Of a DNA stretch of 64,000 nt, positions 39,223 to 52,500 are shown piece after piece. Every line of letters begins with the position of its first letter. The stretch's first letter is position 1. A program made the position numbers and the translations under genes. A model generated the notes under the pieces. It made no database searches. It saw nothing but the letters and a program-made list of their open reading frames with translations, and was not told where the DNA came from. The stretch is from Phoronis australis (taxonomy: Eukaryota > Animalia > Phoronida): the NCBI GenBank assembly GCA_002633005.1, contig NMRA01000129.1:748570-812569 (forward strand). The letters are read 5' to 3'.

Positions 39223-41046
39223 AAGCAAACCCGGCCCGGCGATTCATTGCATGCCCGCATGGCGGCGCCTCATTCTTGCATATTGAACGGTAGATTTATA
39301 TCAATTAGGAACCCAGCAAAGTCAAACACTGGCAGAAGATATTTGGTCATTATCGTTGATCTTCGTTTGGCCAAGCGTACTGAGATTTACACTGGCACTG
39401 TAAATGGGCTAGCTGCTGGTGTAAATAGCCTGACATTGAAGAAACTCCACAAACAGTTATACTTTGTAATAGATCTTATGGTCGCTCCAAACTGCGCTCC
39501 GGGTGTGCCACCGGATCGACCACTTTTGCTGTACGTCGTATCCATAATTATGAAGGTGAGACGGGCGTCTAGTTCGCGCATGGCCCCATTTAGATTCAGT
39601 AGTTAGAGAGACGTCCTCGTCCCATACTTATCATTTTCATAAAAGCGATAAGCCCGCCTTCTGTCAAAAAGTAGCCTTTGATTTAGGACACTTTTACTGT
39701 TATAAACCTGTCTTAAATTGTCCCTTGTTCAGATTAGATACGGGATTGGGTACAACCGCCATTTCGAACCCGATCACTCTCGATAAGTTGAGCTTTCACG
39801 AACGTGTCGCTTAATGCACGCAGCTTCCTCTCAACCGAAACTGTTCGTCCTCCTCTGCAGCATTCCTCACCTTGTGTTACGAACAAGTTGATCCCAATTT
39901 TAATGGAAAGTTGTCTCAATCAAAAGTACGCCCGTGTGTTCTTTGACGTCCATCCAAAGACCGGTTAATTACCGCTTTAAAACAATTAACGTTTTTAAAA
40001 ACGCCAACCAAGAATGTAACAAGACATTTATTTACATCACTTGATTCTAGTCGTAAGACCACGTACACATACTGAAAATTGATAAAGCATTGAATTCTAC
40101 AGAAATATCACAAAATTAAATATGAATACATTTGAATTTGAAACCAATCAAAATGATGCACGTGGTGAATCTCGTACCAATCAAGAGTTTGACAACAATA
40201 ACTGAAACTACAACCATTCACTTAATCAACACGTACACATTTAACTCGTCAACTGCAAGAAATTCTCAAGAAGAATCGTGAAAGACAAAATTTTAATCAG
40301 TCATATCTCCAGCGTACAGTAAAATTGACTTCTCCGTTTTAGGCCAAAGTTAACAAAAAATAACGCTTTGCCATCAATCAATGCTACATTTTCAATAAAA
40401 ACACACGTCAAAACGTTTCATTTTAAATTAAAACTTGATCAATGGAAACAAAACAGCACCAAGCCTTTACCGTCTAACTAATGTTGGGTTTCCACCGATG
40501 ATAATTTGAGTTATGAAAAAGAAACGTTTGGATGTGAGCATATATATATATAACGGATTCATGAGACAAGGCGATCTGTTTTCTCTAAACTCGGGTCATT
40601 TCTAACAAAGGTACAGACAACGAATTCATCAGTGAATCCGTAACCCGGGTTCTCACCGGGCATTTTGAGCATGCTGGGCCACCACACGCTAAATTTTGAA
40701 TCGCCGCGCTCAAATTTCACCACCACGCGCAATATTTTTGATTGCCTTATCAACCGTGACTATAAAATGCTATCACAACAATGTAAACTGTTGAATCGCC
40801 ATTGTCACACTCTCCAAGACTAGTACCCAATGCAGTTTGAAATTTACTCACTTTTACCGAAATTATTACCTGTGATCTCATTATTCACAAAACATTTAAT
40901 CCAAATACACACTGGTTTCCCCTGTGCGACATAATTGAATAATGCAATTGACAGCGCGCATTCCGCGCCCAAGTTTAACCCCGGCGAGAACAACGGTAAC
41001 AGCACACGGGTTTCCCACAAATGATCTTGCGAACGCGCACTGACGT

Positions 41047-41184
41047 GGGGGTGCGTTCACCATTATTTAGTTTCTAGCAAGTTTGGCGAGATCGCCAGGC
41101 TAACTGAAGTTTCGCAATGCAAGCGAAGCACACGACTGCACTAGCTGTCACTCACGCCAAACTTGCGTCACTAAACGCGACCCC
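41047..41184. repeat. Imperfect inverted repeat, probably a decayed small MITE
   Basis: gcaagtttggcg (41077-41088) / cgccaaacttgc (41155-41166), extending imperfectly to ggggtgcgt / acgcgacccc. Confidence 0.55.
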
Positions 41185-44100
41185 AAACGTCCACCGCTAG
41201 GACACCCGATTAGAAAGCCTGAATGACAAGGCACAGACACAAGTTTTACAACACGTCGATCGTTTACACCACAAAAACATTTAAACCTATGCACACCAAA
41301 AACTTTGTTGGACAGGAAGTCGATAGTTTAATTCTCGCCAGAGTTAGCCATGGAGACGTTTGGCATCCAAAATATGAGGATCTTAGAGCGAACACCTGTT
41401 GTCCTAACAACAAATGGAAGACGGGCATTTGTTTGGCCTTTACAGGCGCTGATCTAGAGAGGTGTGATACTGGAGACAATGGAGCACTACTGTCGTGCAT
41501 CCCACCAATATAAACGTGCCCGAATATCGGGTACGGCTAAAGGACCCCCTCACCAGGGGATGAGGTTTTTCTTGCGGTTTCATAAACAAAAAACAAACAA
41601 TGGTGTTGTAGTATTGTCAATGGTGTTTCGAACTACTGACCTATTCGAAAACCAATTACATTTTACGCACCTAAATACGGCACGAAAACCTTTCCCGACA
41701 TCAAACAATACAATCGTTTATAAAATAAAACAGCTGAACGAGGACAATTGAACCCAAGAAAAACAAGCGCACCATGTGAACACAAAACAATTATTGAATA
41801 TAAAAAATATGACACATGATCTGAATTTAACAAACACAATATTGCATTATAAATAAAAGGCGTATGTACAAAAACAATTTCGTTTAAGCTGGCTTTGCTA
41901 CATAACTGACCAAGAGGAAAATGGGTTTTTTCAACAACTTTTGACGGCAGCAGGGTTTCATGAAACTTTTTTGGCCTTGCCAGAAATTGAAATTTGTGCA
42001 ACTGGAAACGAGCGATAATCAGACGCCAGACCACAACTGCAGTAACAGGGGTTTGAATTACTACCCAAGTAAAGCCCTTACACACCAACTTCGTTCTCAG
42101 AACATGCGAGTCCCGACTAAAGGGGTCGTGCAATATCGGACTGGCTCGTAGGTTATTTTACACTGGCAGGAATACGCCAAGTCCGTGTGGCTGTTTCATT
42201 GCATTCGTCGTTATTGGTTGCAAGATCCCTCCAGCCCATCTTTCCATTAATTTTTCATCAAGGATTTTTAGTGTACATGTATGTAGCTACCTTCATATAT
42301 AAAATCGTTATATTATGGCGGCGCCCAAAATAATTCTTTATCTTATGAATTGGTCAACAGACTAAAAACCAAGATAAAGGGGGGGGGGAGAGACAAGCAA
42401 CTTTTGACCAAAAATGTCTCTAATTCGACCTCCGGGTTCTCGCGCGTTTTTTCCCCGTTTTCAGATATGGTGCTGAGCACTACCTTGGTGTAACACGTCT
42501 TTAGGACATTAAGTAAGTACCTAGGGGTCGAATTTGTTATCCCAATGTAAGAGACACACATACCTGTCGGTTTAAATCTTAGTTTACATCAGCTAACTCA
42601 AGGTATTGTACTCCACAAAGTTATGAACATTTCTGTGACCTCACACATAAGGTGCTATACTGTCATCGTTGGTGAAAATCAATCACAACTGTACGTTTAC
42701 TCATCACCCCTAACACAAAAATGGCCTCTATGACCTCAATCCGGTAAAATGGCTACTCAGTAACTGGTACACACATTCTAACAAGAGTAGGTCAGCTAGC
42801 ACACTTTTAAATACCAATGAAGAGATTTGTAGATAAAGTAATAACCACGAAAACAGAAGCAGTCAGTCATAATTGTATTCCAGCTATCGGAAAAAATACT
42901 AAAAAGGATTGAAAGTAGTTCTCATTTTAGTGAATGGTTTTGGAACCTGAACGCTCACTGTTCCTTTCAGTCTGTTGACACTGTATTACAGTCTAAACTG
43001 AATTATTACACCTTGAAGCATAGAAATTCCCAGCTGCCATACTCTTGCCAACTGGACTCCTAATGAGACTACAATATACCTACAAGGTATCTCCCCAGTG
43101 CAAAAATGTCCCCAGCTGAGTTTTTATTAACAAAATTGGCTGGTTTATTGTTCAATGAGTGAGAGAACATGGACATTAGGTAACCATGGTAACAGCATTT
43201 GTTCACACACTAGAAAGAGTGAAAGACAGACTTCATAACAAAAAACAGTCCCGTTACCATGAGAAACAGTTTGCTCCATTACAACCCATTTCCATTGGTT
43301 GCTTCAGTTTTGCAGTAGAACTACTACCATGAAACTTGAACAATAAAATATTGTGTTTCAGCAAAAGTCAAGTTTCCCAAGTATTTAGTACTAACCTGGC
43401 AACAGGGACGTTTTTTGAACACCTGACATATCTATGACTATGGCAACTGGTTAATAACTATAACATAGAGATGGGCGGCGATCCCCTGTCACGACGGTCC
43501 ATCAATTTTGCTGCAAAACAAACAAGATGAGATAACTCTCATGTGAGACGAAAACAAAAGGTACTACAAATATAACATTGACTGTTCAAAAAGATATTGA
43601 TGTTGCACTGGAGACAATTTTGGAACATTTTTGAAACACTTAAGGTTATACAGGACCTTAGACACCAGTCCATATATTCAGCTAAATATCTACATAACTG
43701 TTGGTCAATTTCTGAAAGCACAAAGCATTAGAATTTGATTTTTGACTCAGTACCAAGCTGCCATTAATTGGGTCACCTAAACATGTCCCTTTGGTAAAAT
43801 GGAGCAACAAAGAAAGGTAAATTCATAGCAAAACAACCAACAGTATGACTAAATGATGTTTGATATAAATGTTCACAATGAAATCTCAAAAACGCAATCA
43901 AAGGATCACTTCAGTTTTGTTTTATGCAACTTTCGAGTTTTTTGGCAGCGACTTGATAAAAAGTGAAACATTTTAAAAACTATTTCTGAAAGTATTTCCG
44001 AAAACGGTGCAAACAGCAAAGGATACGAAAATTTCAAACGAATCCAATCATCCATTTCTGAGATATGATGTTCCGAATTCGGACATTTGTCTAGGGTCCT

Positions 44101-45174
44101 ACATATCTATAACAACACTAAACTCTCACTTATAACCCCATGCAGTGCCAGTTTGAAAATCATTGTTTCACTTCGTGGTTTTAAGGTGGAACCCTTAGTA
44201 TTGCCTCTTTGAGCTACCAAAGCTAATTACTCCTAACAATGAACAGAAATTTTCAACCTAGGCTTGACCTAATAAGCAATGTGTGGAACTTTAAGAACTG
44301 CATATCGATGGTTAAAATGTCAAGTGTTATATTTGCACAAGACATCATTATAACCCTAGAGTGATTACCTACACTATTTATTCAAGGTTTGCTCCTCCAA
44401 TATTTGCTATGGAAGTATATACATAAATACATAAATAATGTAATGAACGATATGATTTACTAACATTTCAAAAATCAACAATGTATTATACAACAATCAA
44501 ACATGAAACGTTGGCACATGACAAACAGTGCTAATATCTGGGCTCTCACCTACTGTTACCATAGAGATAACAAGTCCACAAGCAGACAGATAACAAGATT
44601 TTGAGTGCTAAAATTGACTGACAAGAGGATAGGCCACACTAATTCACTGAATGATTCCAACACATCGATGCATTTTTCAGACAGGGGACCATCAAGGAAT
44701 TGGCATCAAATGAAATCAATTGTAATTGGGCCAAAAAAGATATCTGACATCTATCTTCGGAGACAATTAATCCAGATTTTCATCCCCAATACCTGACAAC
44801 ACACCTCTGTTTTTTGTGTCACAATCAGTTAGAGTAATGAACAAATTAAACAAAGCAGTTCTAAAATAACGGTGTCCTAACATACTGTGTATCAGCAGTT
44901 CACATCCATGCAAGAATACAGAATATTAGATGCATAGAAACATCACTGCACATGACTGTATGGCAATCTTCTACTTTCTTATTTTTGTAGCAATTTTAAA
45001 TGACTGTGGCATGCTGTGCGTTTGAGTGCAGTTCAAGGAATTTGCAAACACAGTTACATGTTAATACACAAGGAATGGTGTTCCCACTAAGCACTCTAAC
45101 TATGTGTCAAACAAAGAGTACGACCTCTGCCTCAAGCAGTCGGACAGGAGCCATCAAAAACAATACCTAATCAA

Positions 45175-45266
45175 CATGAACTACATAGAATGTGGTTTAT
45201 GAACTATACAGAATGTGGTTCATGAACTGTACAGAATGTGGTTCATGAACTACACAGAATGTGGTT
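45175..45266. repeat. Minisatellite, 23-bp unit x4, about 0.8 kb downstream of the PIP5K1 stop
   Basis: catgaactacatagaatgtggtt and variants. Confidence 0.92.
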
Positions 45267-46098
45267 CAAGAGCTGGGTTGCAAGTGGACAACTACGAGTT
45301 TCGGTCAAAAAGCCCCTTCCCTTGCAACGTTTCATTTGAGCACCCCCTTCTCCCTTGCCAACAACCTGTCCCCCTGTTGAACACTTGTGGCTATGTCAGT
45401 GGTGTTAGAGTGATGTCACTGTTATCCACTATTCAATGCCTATGAACCCAGAGCTTGAAACATGTGGTGCTCAAGAAAACAGATATTGCATTAGTAGCTA
45501 ACAAAGGTGTCCAAGGTGATCTTTTCAAAATTCTTGAATGGCCTTCCTTCGACAGTAGCCATTTTTCAAACAATTACGATAATCGTCTGGTATGGATCCA
45601 AGATAATAGGAGAAACTTTTCATTCTGCCACTGAAAAGTAGTCCAGACACACTAGACCCTCCTCTTCATAACTAGAGATAAAAATTGGTTATTCCACTTT
45701 CAGAATGTGTAAAAAGGTTAATTAGTTTTTGAAATGATCACCTGGTGAGTCCGTAGGAGAGGTCACATCAACTTAGTGGGTGAAAAAGGAGTAGCTGTGC
45801 TAACTAAGATCACAGACACAAAAATAAGCAGGATTTAGTAAACAAATCCATGTGATACATCAACAGCACAGCATCACTTTACATCAATGTGGGCATTTCA
45901 TCAGTTAGCAGCGACAATGACCGGTCGATGCATGCACTAATTCTGATGCTCTTTTTTCATTTTCTCAGCATTTCCCATCTCTACTTGCTCAGCTTATATC
46001 GCAGATGAAAGGACTCTCCATAGCTGTTGGTCACAACTAAACCTGACTGAGCTAGAAAGTACCACGCGTTCACTGTCATAACGCACGTTCTAGCAATG

Positions 46099-46512
46099 TT
46101 AACTCCACTTGGACTTGTAATTGTGTATACTGGACCTTGACAAATTCACGGGCAGTGTAGAAGTTGCCGTTTTTACACTCTGTTCATCCAAGGCCATTGA
46201 ATTATACAGTCTATCTGAGCCAGGCAGAGCAATGCTATGACGCAGCGGACTACGCCATTTGCCAAAGTTTGGCTCAGATGAACTAGCAGGCATGTGCCCT
46301 CCAAATGCGTTGTGACTATGTGACTGTCTGGAAGGCAAGTGTACCTTAGCAGCTGCCGCCGTCACCATGTTATACCAATGCATCTGTTTGCCGCGATACG
46401 ATGGGAGACTGTTGGCGCCAAATTTGTTAGTGTTTTGATGGTGCGAGTCAGTGGTTTGAGTAGAGTTAGCTAAGCCAGCTGATATAGCCCCATAGGTGGT
46501 GCCACATGCAGG
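46099..46512 (-). CDS. PIP5K1: PIP5K1 probable terminal coding exon
   Basis: Strong pyrimidine tract ttctttgttcttttgttag|; phase 0; 137 open codons PACGTTYG...MHWYNM...KSKWS then TAA; in frame with ORF 46099..46383. No family motif, so the assignment rests on splicing logic. Confidence 0.65.
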   Translation of the reverse strand, partial: PACGTTYGAISAGLANSTQTTDSHHQNTNKFGANSLPSYRGKQMHWYNMVTAAAAKVHLPSRQSHSHNAFGGHMPASSSEPNFGKWRSPLRHSIALPGSDRLYNSMALDEQSVKTATSTLPVNLSRSSIHNYKSKWS

Positions 46513-49500
46513 CTAACAAAAGAACAAAGAGAGCCAATGTCAAGCGCGCATAAGGCAACAGAATTCCCAGGATACTGTCCTCCACTGCCTGTTCAGCTCT
46601 GCCAAGTCCATTCAGTTGTAACAATGGTGCACTAGGCTGTTATCAAGGTACTCATCAATCCACTTTGCAAAATATGATCTTTGCAAACTGTTTACCATAG
46701 CATTGCAGCCAAAGTATACCATACTTTAACAGCACATATGAGGCTCTCCCAATGATAATTAGTTACATCTGAATCTCTTTGACTCAACAGAAGACTGTAA
46801 GTGGCAGTGGTTAGACATGAAACCTGGATATTTCTGATTCAACTCGCTGACACATGGTCAACCCATTGACAGTGAATCTATGCCATCGCACACATGACTT
46901 CAAGCATAACAGCAGGAAAAAACAGGAAAACAAAAGCAAGTCAGCAGGTTAACAACTCAAGTAAAAGCCAATACCAGAAGAACAGACAGACTTGAAATAA
47001 ATCACAGAATAACTCTGCCAGACCGAGTGTTTCTGGAAAAGACTTTCTGCTGTTGTGTTGGCAATACAATCAAAAGAAAAAAGTTGTCCACAAATAGACA
47101 AGTCATTTACAAACAAGCTAACTTGTAGTTTTCGTCTTCTACAACTTAAATTTTTTTTCTTTATAATATATCGAAAATATGCCGTTAGATTTATATTCCT
47201 CTGTACGCCAAAAACGATTGATTTCCCCCAATAGGCTTTAGCCTGACTTTCACAAAACAGTCTTCACCAGCTCAAGACAACAGTTTTGACTGAAGCCTGT
47301 AGCTGAATGCCAGAAATCATTTTCCAGTTACACATCAATGAACGCAAATTAACTAGCAGTAATTGGCACAAGGTTAACAAAGACAAGCACAAAGAAAACC
47401 ATCCGCATGTAGTTGACAGAAACAACCAAACCCGTTCTTACCACTTGGTCACCCGCTAGTGTGCCTTCAGCACTAGCACCATGAGAGTGGTCATCCCTGG
47501 TCACCTCGCCCGAGTTGTCAGGGGTCAAGGTCATTGTCGATGGCACCGATTCACAGCTGACTTCTGGTTTGAGTGTGATGTCGCTGAGGGTGACATCTTC
47601 AGGGGAAACAATACTGTTGTCATTATCGACAGAGGCCTGAGACCCGTAACTGTCTGAAGTTCGATCGATGTGTTCCTGTGATGATGAGGCCTCTGGAAGA
47701 TCGTCCAAACTGGGGCTGTGAGCCTTTGCCGACATCGCATCTCTTTCTACAACAGTGAAACATTCAAGATAACAACTTGTGTTAGAGAGAGGAACATTTG
47801 ACATGACAGCATTACAAACTGACAGTCTTTACTTGGTAATGCCCTGAAGGATCTGTTCAGGGTTGAATATCACTTTCTATTTGAAAGGTTTGAGACATTC
47901 TGTGTCCTTAAGTAACCAAGGACTCATTTTATCAAAAGTCGTATATCTCTGGTAGTGCCTAAAACAGTCATAGGCACGTAATTGTAAGGGAAAATTGCAA
48001 TTATTACATGGCTAGGGATGTTAACTTGATGGCGGCTCACATTCAAGTTGAACACCCATTATCAGCAATGGCATTAATGAATTGTTTGGAGAGAAGATAT
48101 GATCCTCTAAGCTAAGACCAGGTGTACTAGCCTTGGTTTCTAAACTGCGTTTTAGATGCTGTGTGCAGTAAAAATGTCAATTTAAGTGCCGATTCATTTG
48201 CCCACAGACTAACTCACTACAAAATGATGCACTACACAAAGCATGGCAAGCCTTCACTTACTGAACTATGCACAGCAAAAGTCCAATTGACCTGAATGGG
48301 ATCCTAATGTTCGCATAATAGACCACTATACCACAAGATTGCATGAAACTTATTTTGAGAAGTAGCATGTCTTACCACAATCCTACAAAGATTATTTCAT
48401 AAGGTATGCCTTACCTAATGACTCACAAGACACGCTGGGACTAGAGGCCGTGTAGCTCACTGATGGCTCTTCGGTGTATGCAGTTGTCGACTCAGAGAGG
48501 CTGTGATTAGGTGATTTGCTGGTCTCTTCCTGATAAATGCGCTCCTGTACAGCCGACTTGTAGCTCAATGGCCGCAGGAGCTCGGGTGTGTGGTGGCTTA
48601 GGAAATAAACGTTTCCCTTGATTTAAGAACTTAGTCTAGTTGCCCTATGTTTACACGTATAATACTCATACTAATCATAATGAAACCATGTCCTAAGCTA
48701 ATGTCAGAGTTGAATTCCACAGAGGCAAGTATCTGTTATGTAAAACTAGAGTAAACACTTGCTTTGCTTGTAATGCAACGTGATATTTCATAAAGTTTTG
48801 TGTGATCTCAGGTTTTTGCAAGATTCTTGTGTCTACGAAACAAATGCCAGATTTGGGCTGCACAGAAATTCAAAACTTAGGCACTGAATGAGAATTCTGC
48901 CACAGGACAAATAGCAGTTTGAGTTCATTGCATTTTACCAGTATTCAACCTTAAAGTGGAACTTGCACATTAAGTCCTAATCTCTCAGATTGCTTGGCCA
49001 AATTAGTTAGAAACAAAACACATGGCAATGATGTGAACTGTTTCCAGTAAGTATTGCGACATGGTGCTGGGGAATAACACTGCGTGATGCGGGCTATGCG
49101 AACCCAAAAGGTTCGTCATTAGTGCAAAGGTCACCTATTTCGTTTTCACATTTGCAAGTTGTCACAGAATACAACTGCATTTTGTTTAGCACAGATTATG
49201 TTCAAATAGCATTTCCGTTTAGTTCCTGCTATACATTAGCATAGTTAGGAATATGCAAATAGATCTTTAATGCAACACAGTCCAGCTACATTTAGTACAT
49301 AGTGAAAACACCCAATAAAATATATTTGCAGATACTAGTAGAACCACTAGGCTTGGACCTAGGAGCTTATAGTGTACTGAGACTGTCGTGTGTTACAGCA
49401 ATAACTATATTATATGACGTGCCAAGGTAATGGCATAACAGAAACCTAGAGTTAACAATAAAAATGATCAGGCTTTGAAATTTTAATAATCTGTCTAACA

Positions 49501-52500
49501 CCATTCCTATTTGTAACTTTTCCAACAGGTGCATTGATCATAGATGAATGAGCTAGAGAAATAGCGTTTGACAAGTCAGCTTCTGCAGTATATTTCTATA
49601 AAGTTAACTAAAGTAACTTTGAAAATAGAGAAACAACATCAAAAATACGTTGTTTAATTCTATGTGCTAGCATCGCCTGAAACATGGCATGTTTGCTACA
49701 TTTTCCCAAAATTTTGAATCAGAGTTACAAATGCAGCAACAATGATGTTTACAAAGTCGTCACATAATTTTCCACTGAAGCAAGCTTGGATACATCAAAT
49801 GTTATTTGTTTACCTTCTATTGAGTTGGTCATCTGTTACTTGTGTGCCAGTATTTCTACTCTCATCGCCACGGCCGGTAACAGGAACGTCAGGGGTCGTA
49901 GGTAAAAGGTCAGGTCGACCACCACTACTGGGGCCAGCTAAGAAAGAAATGGAAGAGATTTCAAGGTTTTACAAATTTTGTTCAAGTCATGCCACATATC
50001 CCTGGAAGCCACAGAGCCATGATATCATATGAAAACTTGCAATGATTTCTGAGTTATTTAACTGCAGTATTCAGCAACATTTTGCCACTCCACAGAAATC
50101 ATGTGCAGATCAAGAAGGGAACAAGTTGAGACTGGTGGTAAGTTGCTAGCAGCAGAAATCAGCAAAGCCAAATACAGCGATGCTTCAAAAGCTTGTATAA
50201 ATAGGTAAATAAATTCTTATACAGTTTACTTTAGAGCCAGCTGTGAGTTAAGCTGCCTCAAGTGAACCATAGCAAAATTGACAGCTAATGCTGCAGCTGG
50301 AACAGCTGAATGAACCAACGACACTACAATCATTTATATTTTCACATCTTGGTTTGAGCCGTCACCTCATCCACAGTTCACTTGAGGCAGAAAGCTCAGC
50401 TCAAAGCCATCAGTGTGCATTAGCCCTAATAGGTCTTGGCGTTCCCCATGGGATAACCTGGTGTACCCACCTAAAGTATCGTCTTCCCGTGACCTCTGTC
50501 TGTCTAGCCTGACCTCAGAATCTTGGGTCACCGACCTTTGCCTCTGAGTAGCCTTCTTTTTAGACGGGGAATGTTTGAGAGCTGAAATAAAGAAAATATA
50601 GACGAAATACTGGACAAAAGACCCTCATTGGTCCTTAGCCAGGCAGTGTAGGACTGCACCCAGCACAGAAAAGCTTACGAGTGATGAAATAGTGACATTC
50701 CCTAAACCAATCAGTGCTCATGCTCTTCCTTCACTTCAAACACGTTTGTCTTGAGTGAACATACAATGAATACCAGACCGGCAATTCAAAAATCACAAAC
50801 AAACAAAATCACAGTCTTTTCCTTCCCAATCAAAACAAATTTCACTTCACAAATGAAGTAACATTTACAACAGATATCCAGGCTTATAAACAAGAAGAGA
50901 GTCCACCATCAGTTGCCGTTTCCACAGTGAAGACCATGCGGCTGAACATGATACCATGCATAGCAGGAGTTCAAGTACAACAGTACTCTTATAGTATTGT
51001 ACAAATCATTTTTGCTTCTCAGTGTCTCAACAGGGTTCTTATATTACACTTTCACTATAAATATCACTTCACTGTATTTGACAATCATTGTTCAATTTGT
51101 AATTGTGTGACATCATTGGAGGGCTAAACTGAGAAGTAGTCATTGACTGAGTGAGCAAGGGTCTTATATTTAATAACAACGCTTTAAACAACAAGAGAGA
51201 AATGAAGTTCTGAAGGAGGTTTTTCACCACAGTTACAATTATGACAACATCACTACAGCCCTTTGCTAACTAATAGCTACATTCCAAAATGAACAGGTGT
51301 CGCTGGAAAAGCTTCGGGCATTTCCATCAGGCACTTTTCAGTCTCCTAATCATGTTTACCTGTTTTTGAAGGTCATTTGATTCAGAGTAGCATGGTAGCA
51401 ACCCTCTTGTAAATCCAGTTTGACAGATATATAACGATGCTGCTGACTTATTGCTTAATGGACACTCACTCAGAACTTCTGGTACATTCATCGGTCCTCT
51501 AGTTCGAGTGAGTGCCTATTAAAGCAATGGACAGAACTGTTGTCTATTTAACAAACATATTACTGAACAAAATCCTTCATTGTACAGTCAACATCATATG
51601 TAGTGATGTAATGGGGCTGTATATATACAGCGATGTTTCTACGAAACAGCCAGTCTTACTTTTCCCTTACTGACAATATATAAAAAATATATATTCAAAG
51701 TCCAATACATTTGTGGTGCCCATCCATTATCATATCTGTGCAAAAGTTTATCAAATGGTTCTTTAAAATGGGAATGAGCCAACAGCGCCCTCTTCTGGCA
51801 TGGATAAGAAGACAGCATGCATATAGCAATGTATTTAGACATATGATAAGGAAAACTGAAGAAGGAAAGAGGAATAACAGGTATACATTTTGTTGCAAAT
51901 CAGAAATTCACAGTCACTTTAAAGGGGCACATGTTGAATATTGGGTAAGAAGCCACAAAATATCATTTCAGCTGCTTTCACTTCAAGATTTCAAGTTCAA
52001 GAAGTTATCTTGTTTAAATTAAATTTCAGCTTGGGTCTTCATAAAGAGCTCACTACAGAGCTGAGTCACATACCAGTGCATGCTGAGATAAACAGTAAAC
52101 ATACAGGCCAGACAGAGCACTTGCAAAAAGAAATCCAACTTTGTTTGTTCATAGATCTGTGAAACCACTTCTATCCCATAGAGCACATGGATCGGTTCTA
52201 AACATATCAGCACTACCAGCAAGCCTACACAACTTAAAACATGTCTGGAACACCTAGAGAGTTCATCTGACACAAACCAAACAATCGGCATTCCATTTGC
52301 TAACATAAAGCAATGCTCTATTGAAACAACCATTGCTTAGGCTTACACCAGAAAGACATTTACAACAATGACTTCACATTCAGAGGTATATGGCAACGGC
52401 CAGTTCTATAAACGGCAGAACAAAATCATCTACAGTTACGTATGATGTCTACTGAAAATGTTCACAAAACTAGCCATCTTAGACAGACGACGGATTAGCA

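Noticed and set aside
39181-39606. 141-aa plus-strand ORF with possible AG/GT boundaries
   Set aside because: Starts inside a MITE at a non-ATG codon; no recognisable domain or partner exons.
41663-42133. 156-aa minus-strand ORF
   Set aside because: Non-ATG start, composition typical of non-coding DNA and no domain similarity recognised.
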